Assembly (NCBI GenBank): GCA_024683775.1
Contig: GCA_024683775.1_4106.1
Direction: 5' to 3' (one strand)
Origin: a phage
Length of the DNA: 64,000 nt
Shown: in pieces, positions 1-9,116 of the stretch
How positions within the stretch are numbered: position 1 is the first letter of the stretch
Layout of the letters: each line of letters starts with the position of its first letter
Notes under the pieces: generated by a model
Seen by the model: the letters and a program-made list of their open reading frames with translations, nothing else
Told to the model about the DNA's origin: nothing
Database searches by the model: none
Position numbers and translations under genes: made by a program

Positions 1-585
1 GAGTTGGAAGAAGTTACCAAAGCACAAGATGCTGAATTGGTAGCAATGCAAGCGAACCCTGACGTTGATTCTTTTGCAATCCAGGAGCAAAAGATGATTT
101 GTGAAGCTCTTTCTAAACAGGAAGATAAGATTCGTCGTCTTATCATGATGTGTGAACTGAGCGGTCCTCGCCTGATGAGTATGAAGAAAGTAAACCTCAA
201 CACTGTTTCTAAGTTTGAGGATTTGAAATCAGTTGTTATTCCAGCATGGAAATCACAATTGGCTGAACAGTTGATTTCCGAACGTCAACGTAAAGACAAT
301 GAGTTGGGTAATCTGATTGACAATGAAACTAACCGTTTACTCGAAGTAAACTCTAAAATGGTAGCAACTAACATGTTGGATGCTGCTAAGGCAAATAATC
401 GTGGTATCGTGGATATTAAAACATTGCGTAATGTACACAAAACAATGATCGATAGCATCGAAGCAGTACTGATTGAAGAGAAGAAAGGTAAAGAAGAGCG
501 TGAGCGAGCTAAGATTGAAATCGCAAAACTCTCTCATGAACTTGAAGATACTCTTCGTGAAATTGCTGAAAAAGCTAACAAGTAA
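1..585 (+). CDS. TelA-like (toxic anion resistance family) protein, C-terminal part; 5' end lies outside the window
   Basis: Frame is open from base 1 with no start codon. The C-terminal 'NRGIVDIKTLRNVH...IEEKKGKEERERAKIEIAKL' resembles the conserved GIVDIxTL segment and coiled-coil tail of TelA/KlaA proteins. Confidence 0.55.
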   Translation, partial: ELEEVTKAQDAELVAMQANPDVDSFAIQEQKMICEALSKQEDKIRRLIMMCELSGPRLMSMKKVNLNTVSKFEDLKSVVIPAWKSQLAEQLISERQRKDNELGNLIDNETNRLLEVNSKMVATNMLDAAKANNRGIVDIKTLRNVHKTMIDSIEAVLIEEKKGKEERERAKIEIAKLSHELEDTLREIAEKANK

Positions 586-588
586 TAG

Positions 589-617
589 TTGACACAAGAG
601 TGCGTTTTCGATATAAT
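589..617 (+). promoter_or_regulatory. sigma70-type promoter (TTGACA, 17 bp spacer, TATAAT) lying inside the loop of a terminator hairpin
   Basis: TTGACA at 589-594 and TATAAT at 612-617. The hairpin arms at 597-607 and 628-639 bracket the -10 element. Confidence 0.6.
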
Positions 618-643
618 GTTCTTATTGAAACGCACTCTTTTTT
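597..643 (+). terminator. intrinsic terminator with a long loop
   Basis: AAGAGTGCGTTT pairs with AAACGCACTCTT and is followed by a T-run, directly after the TelA-like stop codon. Confidence 0.6.
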
Positions 644-666
644 AATATACAGATAAGGAACGAAAT

Positions 667-1356
667 ATGAAACGCCGTCATGTTAGTGTTGATATTGAAG
701 CTCTCGGTACTCCTGAAAACTCTGGTTATGATATTATTATTCCAAATTATGCAGCAGTAGTTGTTCCAAGTAAACCTGAACATGATATCAGACAATTTGT
801 ATATGTTAAGTTACCATACCAAGCACAAGTCAACGCTGGGCTGAAATCAGATGCAGGTGCAATGGATTTCTGGATGAATACATGTCAGAAGGAATATCCT
901 AATGCATATGCTGAAGTTGCCAGTACTATGGCACTAGTTGCACCAGAATTGTACGGTCCTAATGGTAAATCCAAACAAATCTTTACTTCTAATGGTATTG
1001 TCGATTTCTGGAAAGATATCCGTTTTGATTGTTATGGTAAAGAGGTTGAACATTCAATTTGGGGAAATGGCTGCAACTTCGACTGTAGTATTTTACAAGC
1101 TAATCACTTAAAACTATTGAATGTTGGTGATTTGTGGAAATATGATGCTCCTGAAAACGCACGAACCCTGAAGCGTTTATTGAATGAAGAAGCTCGCACC
1201 GAAATGGATGAGATTGTGTCAGTGCAGTTAGCTAAATTCGTGAAGTATGTAGAAAAATGTGGTATTAATGGTTTGGAATTACATCACCCTCTGTATGATG
1301 CAGCACGTGAAGCTATCCAAATCTCCTATTGTCTCAATAAACTTAAACTGGACTAA
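667..1356 (+). CDS. DEDDh-type 3'-5' exonuclease-like protein
   Basis: N-terminal 'VSVDIEALGT' (D-x-E Exo I motif) and C-terminal 'HHPLYDAAREA' (H-x4-D Exo III motif). AAGGAA RBS lies upstream. Confidence 0.55.
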   Translation: MKRRHVSVDIEALGTPENSGYDIIIPNYAAVVVPSKPEHDIRQFVYVKLPYQAQVNAGLKSDAGAMDFWMNTCQKEYPNAYAEVASTMALVAPELYGPNGKSKQIFTSNGIVDFWKDIRFDCYGKEVEHSIWGNGCNFDCSILQANHLKLLNVGDLWKYDAPENARTLKRLLNEEARTEMDEIVSVQLAKFVKYVEKCGINGLELHHPLYDAAREAIQISYCLNKLKLD

Positions 1357-1359
1357 TAC

Positions 1360-2454
1360 ATGAATTTTATTATTCTGTTGATTCCTTCACTTATCGTTGT
1401 ATTTGTTATGAAATACATGTATGATAAGCACATCAGTACTAAAGAACTGTTGATTCATATTGGTTGTTGTATAGTTGGTGCTGCTCTTGTGCTTGGTATC
1501 TCATATGCAATCAACTACAGTCAATTGTACGATGTAGAGATTCTAAATGGGCAGGTAACATCCAAATATAATCACAAGGAGTTTTGTACACAATCAAGCT
1601 CATGTAAGCATTACACGTGGCACGAGAAATGCAGAACTCGTTATGATAGTAAGGGGAAATCCCATCGTGAATGTGAGTCCTATAAGGTATTTGATTATAC
1701 ATACGAAGTTGACTGGTATGTAAAAAGTACTGTAGGGAAGTTTGAGATTGAGCGAGTAAACCGTCAGGGTACAATGACCCCTCCACGCTGGCAACAGGTT
1801 AACATTGGGGATTATGCTGCCGCAGAAAGTTCTTATATTAACTATCTGTTCGCTGATAAAAACTCATTGTTCAGTCCTGATGAATTACATGAAATGTATG
1901 ATGAGAAATATCTTAGTACTTTACCAGAATACCCAAGTGTGGTAGACTATTATAAAACACACCATGTAATCAACACTACTAATTATAATGTAGATGGTTA
2001 TGATGAGTATCTGCGTGAAGAACTAAAAACTATGGGTGCACGTAAACAAGTCAACATCCAAGTTTTGGTTTATGATTATAAAAACGTAGATTTTGTTGAG
2101 GCAACACTCGCTTCGTGGCGTGGTGGTAAGAAGAATGATGTTATTATGTTCTTTGGAATTGATAATGATGGGAAGATTGTTAAATTTGATAGCACTTCCT
2201 TTGCACAAGGCATGAAGAACGAAGAACTACATGCTAAGATGCGAATGGATGCATTAAATGAAAAATTAACTCTTGACTTGTTGAGCAAAGAAGTGCATAA
2301 TATTGACACAAAGTTTGAAAGACTCTCTAATAAAGAGTTCGAGTACTTGTCTGTAAAAATGGAACCACGTAAAGATGTTCTCATCGGTGCTTCTATTTTA
2401 TTACTGATTGTATCTATTTTCATTGGCCTTTATATGAGGGATAACAAGTTATGA
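1360..2454 (+). CDS. membrane protein with N-terminal and C-terminal TM helices
   Basis: 364 aa ORF. Hydrophobic N-terminus 'FIILLIPSLIVVFVM' plus a second helix, and C-terminal 'VLIGASILLLIVSIFIGLYM'. The middle part is Cys-rich. Confidence 0.55.
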   Translation: MNFIILLIPSLIVVFVMKYMYDKHISTKELLIHIGCCIVGAALVLGISYAINYSQLYDVEILNGQVTSKYNHKEFCTQSSSCKHYTWHEKCRTRYDSKGKSHRECESYKVFDYTYEVDWYVKSTVGKFEIERVNRQGTMTPPRWQQVNIGDYAAAESSYINYLFADKNSLFSPDELHEMYDEKYLSTLPEYPSVVDYYKTHHVINTTNYNVDGYDEYLREELKTMGARKQVNIQVLVYDYKNVDFVEATLASWRGGKKNDVIMFFGIDNDGKIVKFDSTSFAQGMKNEELHAKMRMDALNEKLTLDLLSKEVHNIDTKFERLSNKEFEYLSVKMEPRKDVLIGASILLLIVSIFIGLYMRDNKL

Positions 2455-3005
2455 ATGGTAAAATTATTGCATTGATTGGTGTTGTTGTTGTATTCGGTCT
2501 TATGGCAATTGGTTCAGTTAGTATGTATGTAGATGCACATGACCGTGCTGTTGAATTTGAAGGTAATATTAAAAAGTACTATGATGCATCAGAAAGTCAA
2601 CTAAGTAAATACACTCTTGTCATTCAAGAAAAAGTACAAGTTTCTGATAAGTATAAGGATGCATTGAAAGAAACCATCGAAACATACTTTAAAGGTCGTG
2701 AAGGTGTTGACCAGAAGTTTGTGATGTCACAGATTCAACAACAGGTTCCTAATCTCGATCCTAAGATTTATCAAGAACTTATGGTAACTATCGAGTCAGG
2801 ACGTACACAGTTCAACAATCTTCAGAAAATGAAAATTGACCAGTGTACTGATTATGCTAAGTTCCGTAAAGGTTTCTGGAACTCCAAAATTCTTGATACT
2901 AACACATTCCCAAGTGAAAATATTGAACATTTATGTACAGTAGTTTCTGATACACGCACTAAGAAAGCAATGGATACTGGTATCCAAGAAGTAATTAAAC
3001 TATAA
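2451..3005 (+). CDS. LemA-like single-pass membrane protein (tentative)
   Basis: N-terminal TM 'IIALIGVVVVFGLMAIGSV'. About 185 aa. 'VPNLDPKIYQELMVTIESGRTQFNNLQ...YAKF' resembles the LemA YPxLK...L...ENxIxxxRxxYN pattern. Start overlaps the upstream stop (ATGA). Confidence 0.4.
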   Translation: MNGKIIALIGVVVVFGLMAIGSVSMYVDAHDRAVEFEGNIKKYYDASESQLSKYTLVIQEKVQVSDKYKDALKETIETYFKGREGVDQKFVMSQIQQQVPNLDPKIYQELMVTIESGRTQFNNLQKMKIDQCTDYAKFRKGFWNSKILDTNTFPSENIEHLCTVVSDTRTKKAMDTGIQEVIKL

Positions 3006-3014
3006 TCTAAATTT

Positions 3015-3040
3015 GGGAGTACATTGTACTCCCATTTTCT
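3015..3040 (+). terminator. intrinsic terminator
   Basis: GGGAGTAC pairs with GTACTCCC, followed by ATTTTCT. Confidence 0.6.
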
Positions 3041-3052
3041 ATAGGATTTATT

Positions 3053-3640
3053 ATGTTTTTAAAAAATACTTATGAATTAATTAAAATGCTTCAAAATATG
3101 AATTCCGGTGGTCTATTCCCGTATCACTCTGAGGATAAAACTCATCGTTTAGTTTTGAAATTGGATGAAACTGGGCGTATTGCATCACTAAGAACGGCTG
3201 TTCCAAATATAGATCAAGTAATTATGCCAACAACTCCGAATTCAGGAACTGCTGTTAATACACCACAAACATATAACTCAAACTACCAACACCCACAGAT
3301 GTATACGATTAGTACTCCATCTATTACAAGAGTTGCTTGTATTGTTAATATAAAAGTATCAAAAGACTATCGTGATTTAATATCAGTTGAATGGTCAGAA
3401 CTAACATCAGCATTTGCAAACAATGGGCTTGTTGTAACAAATGCTGGTATAGCAGTCAATGCAAAAGAAGGACAACAGATAATGAGTGCGTTGTATCTTA
3501 GCAATGGTTATGTTATCATTAATGGGAAGTTGTATTGTAACACCGAACCAGAAGCACTCACTGAAGATTTGATTAGTGAAAAAGAATATAGTCTTCTTGA
3601 AATTATGAATTTAAAAAAGGTATATGAAAACTGTGATTAG
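3053..3640 (+). CDS. hypothetical protein
   Basis: 195 aa ORF in the co-directional gene train; no recognisable motif. Confidence 0.5.
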   Translation: MFLKNTYELIKMLQNMNSGGLFPYHSEDKTHRLVLKLDETGRIASLRTAVPNIDQVIMPTTPNSGTAVNTPQTYNSNYQHPQMYTISTPSITRVACIVNIKVSKDYRDLISVEWSELTSAFANNGLVVTNAGIAVNAKEGQQIMSALYLSNGYVIINGKLYCNTEPEALTEDLISEKEYSLLEIMNLKKVYENCD

Positions 3641-4205
3641 ATTTGATCAAGACGATTTGCCATTTATCCAAGAACTAGAAGAACTAGTTACGGTAACGAT
3701 GCAAGAAATTAGTTCATGGGATATAACAGTTTTTAGGAACGTATATGATAAAATCACAAACTTTAAAACTGTTAATATTGAGGTAAAACACAATAACTTT
3801 TACTTAACAAAAGAATTCATTCTAAAAAGACCAGGAACGATCCAACCGAAACGTAGTTTGTCTTTTGCTCAAGTTCTCGGTGCTAAGACAAGGGATGATG
3901 ATTTGAATGAATCAATATATTCGTATATTAAAGAGCGTTCTCCTGATGTTAAGAAGAGATATTACCTTTGTGTTACATTTGATGAACAAGGAAAACTAAA
4001 TGCGTATTCTATAAATTCATCAGCACACGTCCCATTACATTCAACGTCAATTGGTGATAAACAATTACTAATCGATTCATCAACATGGCATAATAGGGAA
4101 AATTTTGCCACTGAAACTTTTCAGTACTCGGTATCTGAACCAAAGTCTCCATTTGATTTTGTGTTTGTTAATAACATCCTTTTACGTTTTGGTGTAGGAG
4201 TCTAA
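3624..4205 (+). CDS. hypothetical protein, possibly a divergent acidic-FQxS family member
   Basis: 193 aa ORF. C-terminal 'FATETFQYSVSEP' weakly resembles the family motif. Confidence 0.5.
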   Translation: MKTVIRFDQDDLPFIQELEELVTVTMQEISSWDITVFRNVYDKITNFKTVNIEVKHNNFYLTKEFILKRPGTIQPKRSLSFAQVLGAKTRDDDLNESIYSYIKERSPDVKKRYYLCVTFDEQGKLNAYSINSSAHVPLHSTSIGDKQLLIDSSTWHNRENFATETFQYSVSEPKSPFDFVFVNNILLRFGVGV

Positions 4206-4207
4206 AT

Positions 4208-4561
4208 ATGCTAATTTATTTGAGTGTTCTTGTTATTTCATTACTAGTATCATTAGCAGTACTGAAAGTTGTTGCTATCGGTCGTAGTAAAATTGATAGT
4301 ACTGAAACCAGTTCTGTGTTGGACCTAATTATGGATCATCCAAAGATCTGTACTGGGATTGTTGTGTTTGTTCTTCTTATAGGAACATTCATTGTACGTA
4401 CACATTTATACAATATGTATGACTGTAGTGTTCGTTCAATTTCTCAGGGTGTTGAAACCGACTATAGCTGGTACTATGAGAAATGTCGCTTCAAAAACCA
4501 GCATGGTATTTGGGTTGATTTTGATAAACTGCGTGGTACACCATCTGGTGAAGAAGAGTAA
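4208..4561 (+). CDS. small membrane protein (2 TM)
   Basis: Two hydrophobic helices, 'LIYLSVLVISLLVSLAVLKVV' and 'ICTGIVVFVLLIGTFIV'. Confidence 0.55.
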   Translation: MLIYLSVLVISLLVSLAVLKVVAIGRSKIDSTETSSVLDLIMDHPKICTGIVVFVLLIGTFIVRTHLYNMYDCSVRSISQGVETDYSWYYEKCRFKNQHGIWVDFDKLRGTPSGEEE

Positions 4562-4563
4562 TT

Positions 4564-5055
4564 ATGTTTGAATTTCCTGAAGAGTCATTTAACTATATTG
4601 ACCCTACTGATGACGGATACAGACACATTAATATCTATAGTAAAGCTAAAACTAAGTTAGGTAGGGATCTATCTAACTTTTCGTCACATAGTTTTACCTT
4701 AGAACCATACGGTTGGTTCCCATCGGTAGAAACTTTTTATTTTTGGTTTTTAACAGGCCAGAAACATGATGATCTTAGAAAAGTGTCGGGTGCTGCTGCA
4801 AAAGCAGCGGCGAACAAGTATATGCACGACCGTATTGAAATGACACCCGAATGCATTTCTCGTATCCAGGATGCAATATGTGCTAAGATATTTCAAAACC
4901 CAGAACTTGCTGAACGATTGAGGAAAAGTAAGTTACCCTTCTATCATTACTATGTTTATGGTGGGAAGGTGGTTGATGTATCTGATGAACATGACTGGTT
5001 TGTTAAAACATTCGAAGATATAAGAATTGTTTTGAAGGAGAACCACAATGAGTAA
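4564..5055 (+). CDS. NADAR/YbiA-like domain protein (tentative)
   Basis: 'INIYSKAKTKLGRDLSNFSSHSF...GWFPSVETFYFW' and 'KIFQNPELAERLRKS' resemble the NADAR pattern (LSNF...F...G..y.S.EhyyQ ... Kf.qNp.l...Ll.t). Confidence 0.45.
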   Translation: MFEFPEESFNYIDPTDDGYRHINIYSKAKTKLGRDLSNFSSHSFTLEPYGWFPSVETFYFWFLTGQKHDDLRKVSGAAAKAAANKYMHDRIEMTPECISRIQDAICAKIFQNPELAERLRKSKLPFYHYYVYGGKVVDVSDEHDWFVKTFEDIRIVLKENHNE

Positions 5056-5326
5056 ATGTTGGGTATGTTGTAAGCAATTCGATGAAGATTATATTATTTC
5101 TTTGGATGTATTACCACAACAATACATGATATCTTCAGGGAAATATAAACTAGATACAGTTCCAACACCTAAGTATATGGGGATTTGTCCATTGTGTAAT
5201 GGGAATGGTGTATCGAATGAAGTTGTTGCATTCACAAATACACAAACTACTGATTGTGTCGCCGAATATATAAGAAAGAATCTGGCTTTTTTCACTAGGA
5301 GATTATATGAACGAGAGAATCTTTAA
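5048..5326 (+). CDS. small zinc-ribbon-like protein
   Basis: CxxC pairs: 'CWVCC' and 'CPLCNGNG'. Confidence 0.45.
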   Translation: MSKCWVCCKQFDEDYIISLDVLPQQYMISSGKYKLDTVPTPKYMGICPLCNGNGVSNEVVAFTNTQTTDCVAEYIRKNLAFFTRRLYERENL

Positions 5327-5543
5327 TTCATATGATATGGAAGATTTACTAATACCATCTGATAACAGTACTGTTAAAATGCAAATGTATTGGTTAGTAA
5401 AAGATGGAAAGGTATTCCAGCACAAAGTTACAAAAGTATGGCAATGTAATAAAAACAAATCTATAGTTGATGCACTCGCAACTGCATATCCTGGGGTAGA
5501 GGTTGTATTTTTACCATTTGCTTACATTAAGGAAATAAAATGA
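5307..5543 (+). CDS. hypothetical protein
   Basis: 78 aa ORF, co-directional. Confidence 0.45.
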   Translation: MNERIFNSYDMEDLLIPSDNSTVKMQMYWLVKDGKVFQHKVTKVWQCNKNKSIVDALATAYPGVEVVFLPFAYIKEIK

Positions 5544-5695
5544 AAAAAAACATGGACAATATTCGTAATACCTACTATAATGTTGTTATTGTCACTTACG
5601 GTCCCGCAAGGGCATGTTGTGGCACTGAATGTAGTAGAAATTATTCTTCTTGTAATTCACTGCATTGTATGTTACTATTATGTAAAATCGGATGA
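5540..5695 (+). CDS. small Cys-rich protein (51 aa; not in the supplied ORF track)
   Basis: ATG overlaps the upstream TGA (ATGA). My translation is MKKNMDNIRNTYYNVVIVTYGPARACCGTECSRNYSSCNSLHCMLLLCKIG. Confidence 0.3.
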   Translation: MKKNMDNIRNTYYNVVIVTYGPARACCGTECSRNYSSCNSLHCMLLLCKIG

Positions 5696-5704
5696 TAAAA
5701 AAAT

Positions 5705-6127
5705 ATGAAGTACTATCGAATTCGAGTTGGTGTAAGCTCTGGTTTTAGTAATTGGGTATATTATGATTTACCTGATAGCTATACCGTAGAAGATGTAATT
5801 GACTTATATTATGAAGAAGAGTCATGGGTATCCAGTACTGAAACACACAGTGTTGTGTGTGAAGAACTGAGTGCTGAAGATTACAAGCACTGTACCCAAG
5901 CAATGAAGTATTACAGTAAAGATGTGAAGATGTTATCTGAAAACGTTTTTCCTGTAAAAGAATGGGCAATTTTGCTTGCAAATCCTAACAAACCTGTTAG
6001 AATAGGTTATCCAAACAATCATATGGTTTATCGAATGAATGATAAACGTGAGCTAAGTTATCAGTATGATTACAGTGCTTCTAAGTTTGGAGTTCTAAAA
6101 CAATTTATGAAGGCTTATCCAGTATGA
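5705..6127 (+). CDS. hypothetical protein
   Basis: 140 aa ORF. Confidence 0.5.
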   Translation: MKYYRIRVGVSSGFSNWVYYDLPDSYTVEDVIDLYYEEESWVSSTETHSVVCEELSAEDYKHCTQAMKYYSKDVKMLSENVFPVKEWAILLANPNKPVRIGYPNNHMVYRMNDKRELSYQYDYSASKFGVLKQFMKAYPV

Positions 6128-6459
6128 GCAAAGACAGCAAAGAATTTATAGTGCGTTGTAGTTGTGGCGATAATACGGAACATTGTGTTCACATTTCACA
6201 ATTTGACTTGACACAAGAACATGGAGATGATAAACTTGGTCAATGTCTGGTGAGTATGCGTTTGAATCCTTTCTTAAAATGGTACAAACGTATATGGGTT
6301 GCATTGAAGTATATTTTCGGCGTAAACGACTTTCAATACAAAGAAGCAATGATTGATGTTGACATTCTGAAAGAAGTTGTGTTACAATTAGAAGATACCC
6401 GCTCCGATGAGGTAAAGAAAGAAGAAAGAGATAAACGTACTGATGTGAAGGTTTTATGA
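6124..6459 (+). CDS. hypothetical protein
   Basis: 111 aa ORF. ATGA overlap with the upstream gene. Contains 'CSCGDNTEHC'. Confidence 0.5.
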   Translation: MSKDSKEFIVRCSCGDNTEHCVHISQFDLTQEHGDDKLGQCLVSMRLNPFLKWYKRIWVALKYIFGVNDFQYKEAMIDVDILKEVVLQLEDTRSDEVKKEERDKRTDVKVL

Positions 6460-6650
6460 GTACTGAACTTTATGAAAAAAAGTACTGTACAAATTGTTCA
6501 ACCGAGTATACAATACAGGGTATGTTGATTTGTACAATATGCCAATCAAAACAGGCTGCCACTTTTATCGTTGATGATAGATTTGGTGATTTAAAACAGT
6601 TTAAAGCAAACCGTAATCTTCGTAACTTTAGCAATCTATATAAGGAATAA
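6456..6650 (+). CDS. small zinc-ribbon-like protein
   Basis: 'CTNCSTEY...CTICQSK' gives two CxxC pairs. ATGA overlap upstream. Confidence 0.45.
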   Translation: MSTELYEKKYCTNCSTEYTIQGMLICTICQSKQAATFIVDDRFGDLKQFKANRNLRNFSNLYKE

Positions 6651-6653
6651 CAC

Positions 6654-7082
6654 ATGAATATCGAACAAACTATCCGTAACCACTCTTTCTTCGCTGCTGA
6701 AACTGGTCGTGTAATCGAGAGCGTCAAAATTGAAGAACTGATGATTAACGTTAAATATAAAGAACTGAATGATGAGATTAGCAGCACCATTTGTGCACTA
6801 CGTGCTCCATTCCGTTCTGAAGCAGCTAAGAAACCTGCCTATGTACTGGCGATTGCATTGGGTTGTGTAGTGAAATTGGTCGTTGATGAAAATCAACTAA
6901 ATATCAAAGTTGCTCCAACCAACGATGAAGAAAACATCGACCTGAACTTTGAAGGTAATCTGGCTGAAGACGTATTCTTCCAACAATCACTGGTTTATGA
7001 TTTCCGTACCGTAACTCATGACCATATCAACTTTGTCAATGAGATGGTTGACATTGTAGCTGAATACGAAGCTTCCCTATAA
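6654..7082 (+). CDS. acidic-FQxS motif paralog family protein
   Basis: Motif 'AEDVFFQQSLVYD' about 40 aa from the C-terminus. Confidence 0.65.
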   Translation: MNIEQTIRNHSFFAAETGRVIESVKIEELMINVKYKELNDEISSTICALRAPFRSEAAKKPAYVLAIALGCVVKLVVDENQLNIKVAPTNDEENIDLNFEGNLAEDVFFQQSLVYDFRTVTHDHINFVNEMVDIVAEYEASL

Positions 7083-7095
7083 TTAGATTAACAAA

Positions 7096-7118
7096 AGCCT
7101 CCGTAATGGGGGCTTTTT
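7096..7118 (+). terminator. intrinsic terminator
   Basis: AGCCTCC-GTAAT-GGGGGCT hairpin followed by TTTT. Confidence 0.65.
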
Positions 7119-7138
7119 CCAACATAAGGATATGAATA

Positions 7139-7690
7139 ATGATTGACCAAATTAAAATCCTAACTGAACAAATCACTGATTTTCTAGCAGATAAAGATGG
7201 ATTCAGTACTGAAGTTAAAATGCATGGTGTTAGTCTCGATGTAACTGCACCAAATGGTGAAACAACCAATTATGATATGTATGAAATCCTACTTTATACA
7301 TTGGCTGTTCGTAAACTTGGTAGTGATATTGAACTGAACATTAACAAAACCGAGAACGGTGACCAAGTGTTTGCAATCAACACTGGTGCACAAATGGACG
7401 TAGTAGCTGAAATCAACAAGATCAACCAATCTTTTGTGGGTTTCAAGCATGATACAATCCAATCTGTGTTCCTGGGTAAACAAACCGGAAACAGCCACTG
7501 TCCTTATTGTGTAATGACAACCTATAAAAATGGTAACTGGATGCGTCAGGATCTAGTACTTGCAGAAATGCTTTATGCAATCACTCACGGCCTAGAACTT
7601 GAACTTGATGATAGTGTTTACTGTTTCAAGAAAATCCGTAAACTTTCTGGTGATATACAAGCTCAATTAAAAGAATTAAATGATAAATAA
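7139..7690 (+). CDS. hypothetical protein
   Basis: 183 aa ORF downstream of the terminator. Confidence 0.55.
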   Translation: MIDQIKILTEQITDFLADKDGFSTEVKMHGVSLDVTAPNGETTNYDMYEILLYTLAVRKLGSDIELNINKTENGDQVFAINTGAQMDVVAEINKINQSFVGFKHDTIQSVFLGKQTGNSHCPYCVMTTYKNGNWMRQDLVLAEMLYAITHGLELELDDSVYCFKKIRKLSGDIQAQLKELNDK

Positions 7691-7801
7691 TTATACCAGT
7701 AATGGTTAACATTATCATGTTACTTTCCTCCCTTACATAATAATGATGCGTTATTATTTTATTGTATTATTCCCCTTTTTTGTACAAAATCTTTTTCGTA
7801 C

Positions 7802-7826
7802 TGCCCCGACCTTCGGGGCATTTTTC
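7802..7826 (+). terminator. intrinsic terminator
   Basis: TGCCCCGA-CCT-TCGGGGCA hairpin followed by TTTTT. Confidence 0.7.
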
Positions 7827-7847
7827 TTGTCTAAATTTTGAGGTTCT

Positions 7848-8243
7848 ATGAATAATACTATTGGTAGTACAATATCTAAACCACTCTCTTATTACCTTGA
7901 AAAATTCAGAAGTACAAATGGTAAAAAATTTAATGGTATATACCAATTCTCACATAAAGAATATATCACAGTTGATTGTTATTCAAATAAACTTATGTAC
8001 GTAGATGATACTGAATACTGTATGAAATTGTCATTGGATGTAGAATTAGATAAGTTAACATTTATTGAATATACATCCAAAAGAACATCATTTCTTGGGA
8101 AATGTAATCGAAAAGTATATAAAAATATTTCAATGTACTTAAATGAAGATTACCACTTCCAACAAACAACGATTGAAGATGTTCTATTCAGTACTGAAGA
8201 ATTGAAAGAACTGTATCACTGGTATAAGCAATTCACATCTTGA
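7848..8243 (+). CDS. acidic-FQxS motif paralog family protein
   Basis: Motif 'NEDYHFQQTTIED'. The stop TGA lies inside the next promoter's TTGACA. Confidence 0.65.
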   Translation: MNNTIGSTISKPLSYYLEKFRSTNGKKFNGIYQFSHKEYITVDCYSNKLMYVDDTEYCMKLSLDVELDKLTFIEYTSKRTSFLGKCNRKVYKNISMYLNEDYHFQQTTIEDVLFSTEELKELYHWYKQFTS

Positions 8244-8268
8244 CATTATCGTGGGTTTATCCTACAAT
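8240..8268 (+). promoter_or_regulatory. sigma70-type promoter
   Basis: TTGACA at 8240-8245, 17 bp spacer, TACAAT at 8263-8268. Confidence 0.55.
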
Positions 8269-8298
8269 GTAAGATAATGATACATAGAGGATAAATTT

Positions 8299-8709
8299 AT
8301 GAGTTTAGATTTACACAATGAACTAAAATATTATTTCGATTTGGATATATCACATTTGAACCAACACGTCAATTATATGACTAGTACTATGTGGTGGTCT
8401 GATGAGTTTGATGAACCAAAAATCCAACTTTGTGGTGATTTGTCTGTTTTGAGGTTGTATGCCCTTGATTCGGAAATGAATATCAAGATCACATACATCC
8501 CATACACAAACAAACTTATTGTAAACACCCTAAACCCAGTTACCGTATTGAAAATTTCTGATTTGGACACGATACAGTCAGATGAATCACTATTCCAACG
8601 TTCTTTGATTGATGATATGGGTGGTATTTTATATGAAGATATTGTACAATTGAAGAAGATGTATAGTGAATTGTTAGAAATTAAAAACACAGTAATTGTG
8701 GGGAGTTGA
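8299..8709 (+). CDS. acidic-FQxS motif paralog family protein
   Basis: Motif 'SDESLFQRSLIDD'. Confidence 0.65.
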   Translation: MSLDLHNELKYYFDLDISHLNQHVNYMTSTMWWSDEFDEPKIQLCGDLSVLRLYALDSEMNIKITYIPYTNKLIVNTLNPVTVLKISDLDTIQSDESLFQRSLIDDMGGILYEDIVQLKKMYSELLEIKNTVIVGS

Positions 8710-8710
8710 T

Positions 8711-9115
8711 ATGGTAAGTTTACTTGATATTGATAATACCAGTCTAGTACTGGTAAAAAAAGGTGTAATTCCCAATTCTACAAAAATTGATTATGCAGTT
8801 ATTGAAACAAATATTGGAAATATCTGGTATGACTCCGAAAGGGATATTGTGATTAGCTGCGTAGACAGTGACCGTGCTGAGTGTTGTAGGGTTGGTCATG
8901 ACGGGCAATTTATTTTCGAATTCCGTTACTGGAAAGATGCTAAATTCCATCATGAGCATGTTTCAATTACAGGTGTGTATTGCACCGAAGAATCGTTCTT
9001 CATGGATAGTACTGTTAATGATTTTGGTTCAGTTACATTTGAGTACTATAAAAAAGTATACAACGTATCCAGAGAAGTAATGCGAATCATCAGAAATGCT
9101 GAGGGTCAAGATTAA
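8711..9115 (+). CDS. acidic-FQxS motif paralog family protein
   Basis: Motif 'TEESFFMDSTVND'. I prefer the ATG at 8711 over the non-ATG start at 8696 in the ORF track. Confidence 0.6.
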   Translation: MVSLLDIDNTSLVLVKKGVIPNSTKIDYAVIETNIGNIWYDSERDIVISCVDSDRAECCRVGHDGQFIFEFRYWKDAKFHHEHVSITGVYCTEESFFMDSTVNDFGSVTFEYYKKVYNVSREVMRIIRNAEGQD

Positions 9116-9116
9116 C

